Below are positions 12,542 to 26,205 of a DNA stretch of 64,000 bases, in pieces (position 1 is the first letter of the stretch; the number at the start of each line of letters is the position of its first letter). The stretch lies in assembly GCA_964270895.1 (NCBI GenBank), contig OZ185442.1. One strand, written 5' to 3'. Below the pieces are notes generated by a model. The model searched no databases, was not told the origin of the DNA, and saw only the letters and a list, made by a program, of their open reading frames with translations. Source of the stretch: Podarcis filfolensis (taxonomy: Eukaryota). Made by a program: the position numbers and the translations under genes.

Positions 12542-14110
12542 CTCTACAGTGTCTCTAGGAGAGGCCTTTGCCATCACCTGATGGTACCTGGTATGAAGCT
12601 GAAATCTTCAGCATGCAGATGGTCCTTCCCAGTTGCAAGGAATCATTGTGCAATGCCAGTACCAACAGAGACACCTAAAATGTTTGCTTCAGCTGTTAAA
12701 GGGATGCTCCCTCTTCAGTAACTTCTACATTCTTTGGCTAATCCATTCCAAGTGCTTATGAATCATTCTGCATAGCCATAACTAACCCTTCCACAGCAAT
12801 CTGTGATGAAAATCTAAATGTTGTGAGAACTTACGTTCCTTCATGCAGCTCAGTCTAATAAATAGAAGTAATAAATACATCATTCCTTGTAGAAAGGGTA
12901 GTTGATGTTTCAGAAATGATTACAAATTCAACAAAATTGCTATGGAGTGGGTAAGCTGGCAGGGGGCATTCTCGAGAAATGGTTTGGTTCACAGTAGCTT
13001 TGGCCAAGCATTATCTGAAGTCATGGAAAGAGTGCTTCTAAAATTGCATATAGAAGCAAGCAGAGCCAATGGCTGAATTCGGACATTGCACCAAACCATG
13101 GTTTATGCTAACCAAAGTTAACAACCCACCATCATGGTTTATGATCCCATACATTCAACAGACAAATAGTGGTTTAAAGCTTCTTGTCTGCTTTTGTTTT
13201 CCATTTCCTCATCCATATGTTCAGTCCAGTCTGCACAGTGCAACAGTCTCTTGAGCCGGAGGAATGGCCATTGTTTATTTGTTTGTGAATCTAGACACAA
13301 TGCAAGCCACAGCTAGCACAAACTAGCTTCAAAATGTGGTATGCTATCGTGGCTTGGCAGCCCGTCGCAAACCATGGTTTAGTGAGCTTACATGGGTAAA
13401 AGCAAATCATAGGTTTGGTGTAACATCTGAACATAGCAATTAATAGTTAAGGTGCCCCTCAGGCAGAGGTTTCCAGTCCTTGAACTGCACCAACCTTGCT
13501 ACCACCTTGCCCCCCCCTTCCGCCTCCTGGTAAGCAGCAGCAACGCAGGCAATGGGAGGTCAGGTGAGCCCCACCAACTGCTACTGTTCAGGCTAGAGAC
13601 CTTCTGCTTTAATGCCTTCTACTCCTAGTAAAGGCGGGGCTGTGCTGAGAAGCAGGCTAAATGCACCCCTTTCACCCCTTGTGGAGGGTGATTGTGTGAA
13701 GTAAGGAGTCCACTGTAATCATGTAGGCTCCCTGCACATTTTAGAATCCTGACTGTCCAGTGTTTGTATTAATCCATAGAAGTGCAGCTTTGCTTTTGTT
13801 TTTGTAATCAGTGTTGTGTAAGTCACATAAAAAGCCTTAAAAAACAACCCAGAACGAATATTCCACATTACTTTCCCAGTCAACAGGGATGCTACATTGG
13901 AAGGTGAAGCATCTGACAGGACCATAACAGTTTAGCACGCCTGGGCAAGAATCTGTGCAATGTTGTGAAAACATGTAAAAATCTCCTTCCAAAGTCAGAG
14001 CAGCATATTATTTACAAAGAAAGGAAAGCAGGGGAAACGGTACAGAGCTGAACCATGAATTCATATATGAAAAATTGCCCCAATAAAAGAGAGAGATATC
14101 AAATCACAGC

Positions 14111-14111
<1 letters not shown>

Positions 14112-14159
<48 letters not shown>
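14112..14159. repeat. (AAT)16 microsatellite
   Basis: Direct reading. Confidence 0.97.
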
Positions 14160-14161
<2 letters not shown>

Positions 14162-14510
14162 AGCCTTGGAAATAGGTATCTGTGGGAACCTGGAGAGCAG
14201 AGATTTGAAAGGTTTTGCTTTCTTGGCTCCTGATCAGCAGGTTAATTATAGCAACTTTTCAATCCATTTAAAGTGCTCCTGATAAGGGAAGCTGCAGCAA
14301 ACATAGCTGAGCTCACTTGTCTCTCATTCTCCCCCCACCCCTCCGATATCCAGAAAGATTGAGAGGGTCAAATAAGTGCTTACATGGGAAAGTGGGGGAG
14401 GAGGCGCATACGGTTTTTGGGTGCCTCTTTTGTGCACCGACCGCTTAGCCTTAGGGGTTTTAAAACCACACTTAAGAGCGAGACCCGGTTTTCGTATTTG
14501 CTTTACCCAC

Positions 14511-15171
14511 CTTCACAGCTATAACTGTAGACAGCCACTGTTGACCCTTCAACTAGATTTTCATCGTGGTGCCAACTCACAGCCATTTTCCCCATTCCAA
14601 AATAAGGCTCTTGTTTCAAGAACGGCATTTGTTGTGGATCCATATAATTTAATAAAGACAGGTTGTAAGATGTTCTCTCTTTCAGATGGCTATGGTCATT
14701 CTCTGGGACATGAGAAGGGCTTTGATCTTGCAGAATGGACCCCATCTCTGTAATGGAAGTAGCATAATCCCGATGCCTATCGATGACAGGAGAATCTTCC
14801 ATTCCTTTTGTTTCGGCCAAATTCTGCTCTTGCAAAGCCTGGACGGATTCTCTATGCAAGTAGCAATTAAGTTTGATTAATGCCTTGCAAGCCTTGGATA
14901 TTTCAGGATGGGAATAATTTATTTCATAACCTTCCACAGGCCAGGGGACCGTAAATAACCTTGTGTTCAAATATTTGTAGGTACATCCTGGGTTTCCAAT
15001 TAATATACGAGATACCGGGGTAACAAAATCTTTCCCTTTGATCCTTACAAGATCTTGGAAAAAACAACCATGCTTTTGCAAAGTCAAAAAAGCTTCCTGA
15101 ACTTCTTCATGGACCTCTTTGGGAATCTTCTCAGCAGTTCTGATGACGAGTTTTGAATATTTTGTCTTCCA
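14511..15171 (-). CDS. FTO: FTO coding exon 3: AlkB-family Fe(II)/2OG RNA demethylase catalytic domain, N-terminal part
   Basis: 661 nt, [11 protein letters not shown]...[22 protein letters not shown]...[34 protein letters not shown]...YSYSCE; acceptor ttttctttttag, donor AAG|GTGGGT; HxD iron ligands at 14571-14563. Confidence 0.99.
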
Positions 15172-15789
15172 CTAAAAAGAAAAGAAAATTCATGGATATA
15201 TTAGCAGCAGTAGATCTGATGGACAGCTTAAGTCACCAAAATGTCCACCTGGATAATTGACATTCAAGGGTCTACTCAGGAAGAGGGTGAAGACCCAACT
15301 GCAACCAGTCACCCAGTAGAAGCGGAGCTGGCAATAGGTGGGAAACCATTTCAGACCAAGGGTCAAGTGCCCTTCTGGGGGACACATATGAGTAGTGAGC
15401 AAGGCCAGAAGCAAAAGTGAGCAGGCCAATGGGTGTACCATCGCCCAGTTTTGTACACACCCATCTCTATCCTTCTTCCAAGCACAGAAGAGATACTATC
15501 AGATCAAGTACACACTGCAGCCAGGCGAAAACTCAAGGAGGGTGTGAAGTAAAAGCAGTGAGGGGCACAGATGAAGAGGATGTGTAGCCTTGAAAGAGTC
15601 CCAAGGGCCAAACAGAGAATTCTAAGGGTCACATTTGGTCCCTGGGCCAGGGGCTCCCCACTCTATTATTCTCCTACTTGCCTCTGCACTCTGTTAGTTT
15701 TTGAGCTCATTACATCTCCAGCTCATTCACATCTTCCTGGCAAGGCTCCCAATCTGACTCCAGCTCCACACCGGGTGCGAGTCATGGAT

Positions 15790-16400
15790 TGGTATACCAC
15801 CTTAATCCAACAGTCCTCTTATTATGTTGTTACAGACTCACATTACACGCATCTTTGTTTTTCAAAAAATAAAATAAAATCAAAGCAGTTTATAACAAAC
15901 ATACATATATACAATAAAAATCATGTCAAAAATTAAAATCAGAGACCATCAACTAGCAATCACAGACTGACATTTTCTTAACTACGTGCATAAGCTTGGC
16001 AGCCTAGAAAAGTTTTCAGCGGAAATTTAAAGATTAAAACCAAAGGTGCCTATTGCATCTCTACCAGGAGAGCATAGGACCGGGCTGGTTTCTTACTACA
16101 GTCACAAATGAGCCTCGTCAACTCTGGGGACAACCAACGAGGCTTCTGTAGATGACTGCAGTGACTGAGCTGGGATACAAGCGTTTAGGCAGTGCCTACA
16201 GTACCTTTAGTTGTTCTGGTCTTTGTAAATTAATACAATACTTTGAACCTGGTTTGGTAGTAGATGGATATTTAACAATGGTGTCAAATGTTGTCAGTCA
16301 TGCGTGCCATCTGCAACATGGCTGCCACATTCTGACCAGCTGAAGCCCTACACAGAGTGCATTGCAGCTATTCAGCCTTGAGGTTACCCACCAGCGGGCT
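15790..16400 (-). mobile_element. Old degraded L2 LINE fragment
   Basis: Minus strand shows LQLV...TIVK...PGSKYCINLQRPEQL, frameshifted relics of the LQLVQNAAA...QFKVLVLIYKAL region. Confidence 0.7.
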
Positions 16401-17044
16401 ACAGTGGTCCCTGCCCAAGAACGGCCATAGCTGAAGAACGAGGTGGTGGCAGGCACTCCTAGTCACAGAGGACACTTGTATCCAGGAGTACCCCCAATCT
16501 ACACATCTGCTTCTTTTGAGGGAGTGTAACCCCCTCCACAACAGATAATGTGCCTGTCTCCCAGACTACTGGAACATGGGATTAAGATCTAGAGATGTGT
16601 TGGAAACAGACCAAATTTTCAGCAATGGCCAGCAATCTCGGCATTTGTTGGCCTTGTCCCACCAAGGTCCATAGGGTCTTGATTGAGAAGACAGCGGTTG
16701 TGTGAATCTGTCTCAAGAAACAGGAGGAATGACAAGAAGATAGTGTAAAAACAAAGGAAAAGTCTGCAATGACACATCTATGGGGAAAGCCTGCCATGCT
16801 TGTTCAAAGGCTGTAATATTTCACTCTCCTGTTAAAAACTGGGAGTTAATGTGTTCCACATTTTAATGCCAGCCTAATGAGAGGCACATTACCTTTTGGC
16901 TTGTGAACTAAAGATTACATGCTTTGAAAATATTTTATCAATATATCTTAAATGGTGTCGGCGGGGTTTCTGCTCTTTAAAAGCACCCTAAAAATGTTGT
17001 GCTTATTTTTATTTTTAAAAAATCACACATTGGTATCTGAAGAA

Positions 17045-17095
17045 GGAGGAGGAGGAGGAGGAGGAGGAGGAGGAGGAGGAGGAGGAGGAGGAGGA
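17045..17095. repeat. (GGA)17 microsatellite
   Basis: Direct reading. Confidence 0.97.
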
Positions 17096-20000
17096 AAAAA
17101 TTCAGGAAATGGAAACACATTTCCAACACATCATCTCAGAATACCGGTCGGTCTTCTTTAATTCTCCAGCCAGTCATCCTGCTATGTCCTACATCAGGAA
17201 AGCATTAAGAGATCAGAAGACCAAGAAAGGGGGAAAGAAAAAGGGAAAAAAGAAAAAACCCATGGAACTCATACTGGACACTTTTACTGATTGAAGGAAC
17301 AAAAAAACAAAACAAAAATCCCGTGTAGTTTGTGCTTTATCTCTGACAGCTAATATTAAAGGTCACCTCACTCGTCATGCAGATAAAAGCAGTTGCATGA
17401 CTGGACGCTTCCAAAAAGCATACAAAACATTTCATGCTTAATTTTTTAACATGTCCATTATCCTAGAACAAAATTTAACACACCCATAGAAACTTGAGGC
17501 CCCACTATGTATTTTCAGCAATCTACAAATCATAAAGCCTGTGCTTGAAGGAGCCAGGATGACCTCGTCACTCAAGTGACAACAGCAAACCGCAAAGCAG
17601 TGAGGTAATCTCTGGATAAACAAGTTGGCACTTCAATTCTACATTATAAGATAGTAACATTTCACTCAAAGACCTCATTTGTATAGTGTTGATGTTCCTA
17701 AATGCACGTTCCTCTTCAGAGACTCATGACATAGTTCCAAGTATCACTGAATCATCGTGCTAGGCTTTGAAGAGGTTTCTTCTGAAACAACATCTTTTCT
17801 ATACAAAATTCACTGCTGTGCCCTACTGTTGCATTAATTTTCTCTACTGAAAATGGGCCACATTTGTACACCATGACGGACTATGTTTTAGTGCAATGTG
17901 AATGAGCCAAAACAAGGGGCAGTGAGCCCTAGACCTACTGGCTGAAATGTGATTTCAAACTGGCTTCTTTGAAGCATACCATAGTTAATGTTCACTGTAG
18001 TTTGTCAGTCTGGACAACACAATAAACTACAGTTTAGGTATAAAAAAAAAGAAGTAAAAGCTTTTGAACTCCTCCTTCGGGCCGCACAACAGAAGGCAAG
18101 GGAGGTGTGAAAGCCTGAGACTCACTGTGAATATTAAACTATGGTTTTGCACCACACACAAATACAGCCAGCCTTCAAGGAATCCAGCCCACCCCTGTCT
18201 TCTTTTATTGCTCCAACAGGACCCCCCCAATCCAATTCTATTCCCATATTATTCATATTATTCCTAGTTGTGGTAATAGTAGTAGTAGTTGTTGTTGTTG
18301 TCATGCCCTCTTGCCTAAGGAACACAAGACAACTTACAAATAAGAGCACAGCTTTCTATCACACCCGGCTATTTGTCTACTCTTGACTAGTCTAGGCTAT
18401 CAGACTTTTTCACATCACCTTCTATCCCAGACTATTGAACTACAACTCTCATCACCTCTCACCATTGGCCATGCCATCTAAGGATGATGGGGATTGTAGT
18501 TCAACAGTATCCGAGATCCGAAGATGGGAATACTGGGGAACCTGTTCCTTTTTTAAATGGAGATGCCAGGAATTGAAACTGGGACCTTTTGAATGCAAAG
18601 CATTTGCTCCACAGTTGAACTATGGCCTTTCAACTAAGTTGTTTGTGGTTCAGTTCTACAGCACTAAGTTTGAGATAAGGGTGTGTTTTCGTCGATAAAA
18701 CTTGGCATGGAACAGAAGAGTCACACACCAAGTTTCAGAGTTGATAGTGTTCCCACAACACACATGCACACACACCCTTTGCTCTGCAGCTCACAAGTGT
18801 ATATGGACTGGGTATCCATGCAAGTCCAACTTCATTCAGCTGGTCCACAGCTGCGTATTTATGAATTTGTTGTTCAGAGGCAGCACATCCACCAAATTAA
18901 AGATTCCTAATGATTTTTAATTGCATTTTCGCTGCCTCTTTGTTTTCTTGTATTTTCTTGTGTTATAATTTGAATTCTATGGAATACAATGTATAAGAAA
19001 AAAGAATAAAAAAATTTCAGTTAAACCTTATACTGCATCTAGCATAGTGCATTACAATGGCTACAGGCAGAAAAATCACTAAGTCATGTGCCAAGACCCT
19101 CAGCTATTTTCAAACGGTCCATGAGAAAAAGCAGTTTGGGAACCACATCTCTACAGTATTATACTTGTCTTGTGGTTTTATTGTTAATTTTTTTAAAAAA
19201 TTATGTCTTGTTGTGAAGGTCACCGAGAACTGTGTTATAGGGAAACCTATAAAGTATTATTAATAAACCAGAACAAATAACAGGAACATAAGAAGCTGCC
19301 TTTTACTGAGTCAGACCATTGGTCCATCAATACTGTGTTCATGGAAGACAATCTTACTTGGCTATGAGTGATCGCCAAAGAAGGAGAAGAAGACCATCAA
19401 GCTCAATACTGTCTGCACCAGTTGTTCCCAAGCTGCTATCCTCCAGATGTTTTGGATTATAACTCCCACCAGGCCTAGCCAGCATGGACAATGATTGGGG
19501 ATGATGTGAGCTGGAGTCCTAAACATCTGAAGGACACCAACCAATCTACACTAACTCAGCCAAGGGAGTTGGGTTCAGATCCCTGAATCCAAAGTGGCAG
19601 AGACAGGTACAAGGAAGCACCCAACACAGCAACGTGACTGATCCTGGAGAAGCTTACAGGAGCCCCGGGGAGAATTCTCTTTTCTCACTGGCAGCAGCTC
19701 TCAAGGTTTCAGCCAGAGGTCTTTCCCAACCTTTCCTAGAGATTGCAGGGGGTAGAACCCAGGACCTCCTGCATGCAAAGCAAGTTCTCCAGCACTGAAC
19801 TACGGCCCTTCCCTTGAAAGGCATAATGGATGTCATCTGAAAATTCAGTGCTCTAACTCAGGGAGATGTAAGAACCTTAACCTTATTTTAACAATGAAAT
19901 AGAAAGAAGGTACAGAAACTTCATTTCCTTCCTGTATCAGTGGGGGAGAAAATGAGATTATTATTTTTTAAAAAGATGCTACTTTGTATGCATCTTTCGG

Positions 20001-20518
20001 CCACATGTCAATACAAGAACGTTGACATGGCTATAATGTTGGAACGCCTGCTGAAGCTGTTCAAGCTAAATAAGAGATTCCTTTTTATGTCTTTCATCTC
20101 ACTCAATATGTTCCAACTTAGTTTGACTGAACTCACCCAAGTCTTTCCATGTGTTTCTCATTTGACTGGGGTATTGTCGAAGAGGGACTTTAGCATATTC
20201 TTCCGTTTCTTTAATAACAATCCTTCTCTATACCACTTTGGATTATACTTGTGCGTATCATTTTCAGGCTGGATTTTCTTTTTTCTGCATAAGAGTCACA
20301 GAACTGCATGGCCGGGAGGGCCAGAGGGTTATCAAACTCAAACCACACACTTCTGAAATATGTTCCACCTCCAACACACACACACACAGATCAACCTATA
20401 TAATCCATATAATAGGGCATTTCCCAAGCAGATAACAGAAGCAAACATGACATACTTACCACAATACTTGAAGAGGCCAGCAAGTAAGGCCCACAAAGAG
20501 CAGTTGACATGGTGAAAG

Positions 20519-20531
20519 CACACACACACAC

Positions 20532-20566
<35 letters not shown>
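20519..20566. repeat. Compound (CA)n(GA)n microsatellite
   Basis: Direct reading. Confidence 0.93.
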
Positions 20567-20568
<2 letters not shown>

Positions 20569-20907
20569 ACAGAAACAGAAAACTGGGTGTCAGGAAGCCT
20601 GACCTTTGCAAGTGTCATGGATTAAGTCTTTAGGGCCTTGTCATCGTTCTCCAGGAACCGAATCTGTGTACTCTAGAACACAGCCTATGCTCACCTGAAG
20701 CTTTCAGAGAAAGAATGGTGGTAGCATGCACCTCCTCCTCCTCCTCCTCATCCTCACTGGGTATGACTCAGAACCAGCACATTCATGCCAGCTTTTCCTC
20801 AGTAATTTTGTCTTCTCTAAGCAATGAACTAAGGAATTCAAGAATAAAAATAACAAACTATTTCAAGTAGTAAAGGAATATAGAACACAAATCTTTTGAA
20901 CTATTAC

Positions 20908-20985
20908 CAGTTGATGGAAGCCATCATCCTTTGGTGTCAAATATGGAAGCCAGCTCTCTCCAAGTTCATCAAGGAGTTTCCGTTT
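20908..20985 (-). CDS. FTO: FTO coding exon 2 ([26 protein letters not shown])
   Basis: 78 nt, same length as human exon 2 (recalled [26 protein letters not shown]); acceptor tttttgcatctccag, donor CTG|GTAATA. Not in the ORF track; read by hand. Confidence 0.96.
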
Positions 20986-21631
20986 CTGGAGATGCAAAAA
21001 AAGATAATTTACATTGAGTTCTGGGTTTGTTTGTTGGTTTGTTGGTTTGTTTGTTTAAGTCACAGGCTTGCTAGGTATTAGAACTAATGTACTGCTGTCC
21101 AACACCGGATTCAGGTTTTGGAGGGGAGTTCGGCAAGAAACCCTCCATGCCACACCTTCTTTAGTGAGTCTACCTCCTCACCACCATTGTTACCAGCTGC
21201 TCCTTTTCCCCATAAATGCTACCATCTGCTTGCTGGCCACGTAGGAAGCCACACTGAGAAAACAGATAGTAGCATCTACTGCTCCTCCTTCTCACCACTA
21301 CTGTCATCTATATGCCAAAATAAGAGTTAGACAAAGAACTTGTAGAGGAAGAACAGGCTCAGAGGGCTCTTATCTGCTGGGATGTAGGACCTTGAAAGAT
21401 GATTGACCATGCCCACCTGCCCTGCTCCCATCCATCTTGGTACATCAGAAGTAACTCCTGGCATTGTTCAACCACCTCTTACTGGGGAAAGAGAAGTGAG
21501 TCAGAATCAGATTTTGTAAACTCCACTTCTACTTCCAATTGCCACTTAAAACAAACAGCCTACTTGGTGACTCCACAGGGACAAAAAAAGAGGGAAGGAG
21601 TAAAACATTAAGACTACAATCCTAAACATAC

Positions 21632-21800
21632 TGGCTTGGGAGTAAGCCTCATCAAAATGTGGGCCTTGCTTCTGAGTGCACAGAACTGGACAGTGAAATA
21701 TCATATAAAGAGGCCTTGCAATGCAACCCTGTGAAAGTTTACTTGGAAGTAATCCCCCTTGTGTTCTATAGAGTTTGCTTCTAGCTGAGCATGTATAGTA
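21632..21800. mobile_element. Short (80-90 bp) palindromic MITE family (caatcct...gggagtaag...aggattg type)
   Basis: Two adjacent copies here; further copies near 22770-22860, 47210-47290, 52990-53075, 59450-59530 and 60445-60600. Confidence 0.6.
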
Positions 21801-23692
21801 CAGTAATACTGGAGCCTCAGTGTGTGTTGTGTTTAAAGATCCTTGGTTGCAACTTGGGTGACTGGGGCTAATCTCTTGTTATGCAAAAGAGTAAATGAAA
21901 GCAAAAACAAAAGCTCCTGTTTATGACAAAGGATCCAACCCAATTCTTCCCAGCTTACATCTATGGTTTTGTTTTACATTCCTTTGCTTATCGTTATTTT
22001 CCGCATCACATTACAAGACTAATGGATTTTTAAGTTTTACAGTACTTATGGAAATGGCATTTCTCAGGTTGAGTCATTAGCTCAGAAAACCCTGGTGTTG
22101 CCCTATCCGCATTTCCTACATAGCCTCCACCAGCTCCGTCTACCAGAGCGGGAGGGGGTGTCACCCAAAAACCATGATCATTTATCCACTCTAATCAAAT
22201 TGGTCTTTGCCTCATGTGGATCAAGAATTATATGCTCAAAGGAAATTTAGCTTTTGCATTGCATGTCCCAATCAGACTTTGTTTTAACTTGGTAAATCAC
22301 TAAAACCTGCCTGGAACAATGTAAATCGTTCTATGCACGATTGGGGAAAATTGAGTAAGAAAATAACAAGATGAGGACTAGCAACACAGAGTGCATTGAG
22401 CACGCATCCTGATTTGCTTGCACAGTTTAAGCAGAGGTTAGCCTATGTCTGGTCTTTATTGAGTACTCCAATTTGTTTGCAGGTATGTAATACAAGACTA
22501 ATTTAAATGAAGCCATCAAAATAGAAACAGAGTTAAATGCATTCTTCAGTCTTAAAACAAAATAATACGAAGCATTCTAAGGTATCTCTGTAGTACAAAT
22601 GTGTATCGTTTTCATATCAATTTATCTATCACAGCTTTTCTAAAAACAACAACAGGGAATTACAGTTTTGCAAGGGTGCTGAGTATTTTCTTAAGAGCTC
22701 CACAGTCCTTTTCACAGAATGACAGAGTTTCCAGAGATCCCTGAGCAAAGGGCGTAACGATTGGCAACACTAGCCTATGCATATTTACTGGGAAGAAAGC
22801 ACCACTGTGTTCAGTGGGGCTAATTCACAGGTAAACATGCACAGGATTGCATTCTAAATCTGTAGTGGAGATAGTCCCAGAATGAATTGTTGTGCAGTGT
22901 GCTCAGAACACAATTTGCCGTAAAATGATGATGACGATGATGATATTTACAATGGGGGGGGACCCTATGCCCTTTTAAAATGTGGCTCTTTTGGGGGGTT
23001 GTTATTGGGTTGTTGTTTTTATTTTGATTATATATATTGTGGTTTTAATGTTGATCTCTTCTGTGAACCACCCTGAGACCTTGGTAAAAGTAATCATCTG
23101 CCAGTGGAAGGACAACGAGGAGGGAGCCAGGTTAAATTCTCTAGGAAGGGAGTTCCAAAGTCTGGGAGCAGCCACTTAGATGCAATTAGCTGCAATCACA
23201 TTGGTTTTTCTCTGCTTTACTGCCACTATGGATACTGGAGGTTTGGCCCTTGTGGCCATTCAGAGTTCCAGGAAGAGTAAGTCCCCCACAGCCTCCCACC
23301 ACCACATTTTTTTCAAAACTAATGCATGCCAGCACAGTCAACAGAACAGTCAGTCTTTTTGAACTACAACCAGGTAGCGTTGACTAATCCATCCAATGCT
23401 CGCTTAACTGCAGTTCACTGATTCTAAGTGGACTGACAACCACAGCATTAAAATTTATAAAACAGACATGTAGCCTGATCTCGCTGAGTTTACAGACTTC
23501 TTTGGGGACACATTATGAAAGTGACATGGAGTTGCTGGTGAAACCAAGCGGAATGTAACTTTAGATTAAGCTGGCAGGCAACACATTAGTGCATTCTGAG
23601 ATTTCATATACTGCCCCTCAATGAGGCCAAATTTGGATTCACAAAATATTTAGGGGTATGCGTACCCCTGCGTACCCCCAGGAAAAAGCACC

Positions 23693-23695
<3 letters not shown>

Positions 23696-23730
<35 letters not shown>
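23696..23730. repeat. (TG)n microsatellite
   Basis: Direct reading. Confidence 0.96.
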
Positions 23731-23732
<2 letters not shown>

Positions 23733-25844
23733 GTTTTGAAAAGTACTGCAGTTTAGAAATCTATATTTATACTTGCACACTTGGATGTTTGCATGTAGAC
23801 ACAGTGAATATAGCTATATTAACATTATTTATGGCATTAAACACACTGAAATGATAAGTCTGGTTTTGCTAAGCCTCAAGCAGAGTTCACCAAAACTTCT
23901 TCTTTTAAAAAAGGCTTATTCTCATGTTTGAACAATAAAAGGATGTTGAGCTGGTAGAAAAAATAATTCAAACGCATGGGGTAGCAATATATATACTGAC
24001 AATTTCTTTGTCAAATGTTAAGCTCTTGGCAAAAGCACACAGCATTAAAATGCACTCTGGAGTGGAGGTAGTATCAGCTCACATTTGATTGTCAGATCTG
24101 ACTAAGCGAATGCTCTCCTGCTTGATGTGCAGACAAATACACACACAGCTGGGTGGTATAACACACATCTCTTCTCATATACACGGAGCTGTCACACACG
24201 TGTCAAATACATCAAGTTACTTGCAAATTCCTCCAAAACAAAATGAAAAGCGGGGGTTGGGAATAAAGGGGAAAGAAGAGGGATGGAGGGGGGAGAGAGT
24301 AGCTTTGCCAACTGGCTGAGCCAGTGCTTGAAAGTGTGTTGTGTTTACAGCAACCTCAACAGGTAAGTAAAAAGCTTGTAGAAGTGGCAACTTCCTCCAC
24401 CTCCAAGGAGACATGAACAGACCAGTTCTGTGCAGGCATTGAGGGAAGATGAGTAATGGGTTAAATATGTGTTTTAAACACATCTGGGAGCACACAAGGA
24501 GTTACTACCGAAGAAGTGAGGGTGTGGCAACCAGAAGACAAGCTGGCGTATGTGTATGTTCGGTCCTGTGTGTGCACTTGACTAGATGGTCTCTTCATCC
24601 CGTCTAGCTCTATGAGCTGTTCTCTCAGAACAAAGCCCACAATGGTATCTGCAAGGGGGGGGGGGGAGACTTGTTCACACAATGCATAGTTAACTTATGC
24701 AATTTGTTCCCACAAGATGTGGTAGTGGCCCCAGGATTAGATGATTTAAAAAGGAGGTATGGGGAAATTTATGGAGGTTAAATGCATGGACAGGGGGATG
24801 TTGCTGGACTGCAACTGCCATCATCATTGGTCATGCTAGTTGGGAATCCAGCACCACCTGGAGGGTCACCGCTTCTCCACCTCTGACCTATACTGACTAG
24901 CAACATCAATCTCGGGTGTTGGGCTGGGTGTGGGGGAATCTTCCCCCAACCCTAGTTGAAGATGTCAGGTATTCCTCCTTGGACTTCTGCAGATCCCCTC
25001 CACTGGGTAGTTCAGCCAACGCATGCTTCTTCTTACATTCTCAATCAGGAAAAACAGGCACTGCAAGGAGATGCAAATTCCTTTGCCCAGGTGCTTGAAA
25101 TAAGAGACTCAAATCACCATGCAGATCTTGGGTGAGGGATGCTGAGAGTTATAGCCCAGCAACTTCTGGAAAGCCACAAGTTCCCCACACCTGATCTAGA
25201 TGGAAGCACAGCAAACAAAAACATGTATTAATCCCAACTTGCTGAAATACAGCCAACAGACATTAAGACAGGGTGAATGGGCAACGTCAAGCTTTGCTCA
25301 GGAAAAACTGCCATGGGGTGAGTCTAGTGATGTTCTTGCATTTCGCTCGTAGACTAGAAACACTGCTGGCAACAGAATGTGTTGTTCCTTCCTCTCCACA
25401 CCCCCTCTGAAATGTCAAGACTACACAACACAGATGTGAAATGCACCAGAATCTGTTTGCCAACATTTGAAATGGATGAACACTTGCTTCACCTGTGCAA
25501 ACACAGCTATAATAGAAAGCCAATAAGGCTGCTGCAAGACTTGGAGCAATGTCTTGGCCCATCTCAGTATTAGCACACACATTTTTAAGGATAAATAATA
25601 CAAGTAAATGGTTTAGGTTCTGCAAAATCCTTCTCCAGGAAGAAGCCAGTGGCAGTTTGTTGTCAGGTATATACAAAGGAAGATTGCTAGGAAGAAGCTG
25701 CTTTATGCTGTTACATCTAACTCAGGTGTGGAGAACATTTGGCCTGTAGGCGAACTGGTCACACTTGCAGACCTGGAAACTGGGATAACCTCAGAGGAGC
25801 AGAAGCTAGCAGTGGGGCTAACAATCTAAAGCTGGAGTGAAGAA

Positions 25845-26205
25845 GCTATGGCCCTCCATATGTTGGTATTCTACTACTCCCATCAGCCCCAACTGGCACA
25901 ATTGTCTTGGGGCATCACATTAGTGAAGGCTGAACTAAGATGAAAATGTTTGGCAGAGAGACCACAGTGAGGGGAAGCTTAACTTCTTCCTGCTAGGATC
26001 TCTCTCCCATTAGACCACCCTTCCCCAACCTTGTGTTCTCCAGATATCTTGGACTACAACTCCTATCATCCCTGTCCATACTGACAGGGGGTCAGAGCCA
26101 TTTGGCCGGGGTGGACCACCACTTCCATCATTCCTGACCACTGTACAAGCTGGATGATGATGATGGGAGTTGGAGTCCATCATCATCTGGAGGGCCACAG
26201 ATCCA
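25845..26205. mobile_element. Cluster of 2-3 partial palindromic hAT MITE copies
   Basis: Repeated ggccctcca...actac..ctcccatc and gatgggagttggagtcc...atctggagggccacag cores. Further degraded copies near 18385-18520, 19418-19545, 24805-24885, 25125-25195, 30300-30365, 42700-42816, 45255-45345, 50565-50670, 53624-53740 and 58735-58850. Confidence 0.7.

Noticed and set aside
20450-20590. Cryptic exon at the minus-strand GTG|GTAAGT donor near 20458
   Set aside because: No well-placed AG after the (CT)n(GT)n tract; the nearest AG gives only 7 nt.
24351-24362. 12-nt microexon-like unit on the plus strand (tttacag|CAACCTCAACAG|GTAAGT)
   Set aside because: No plus-strand host gene spans this position (RPGRIP1L starts at about 61.4 kb). 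This and the CAG|GTAAGT near 38930 are compatible with chance unless an antisense lncRNA is shown.
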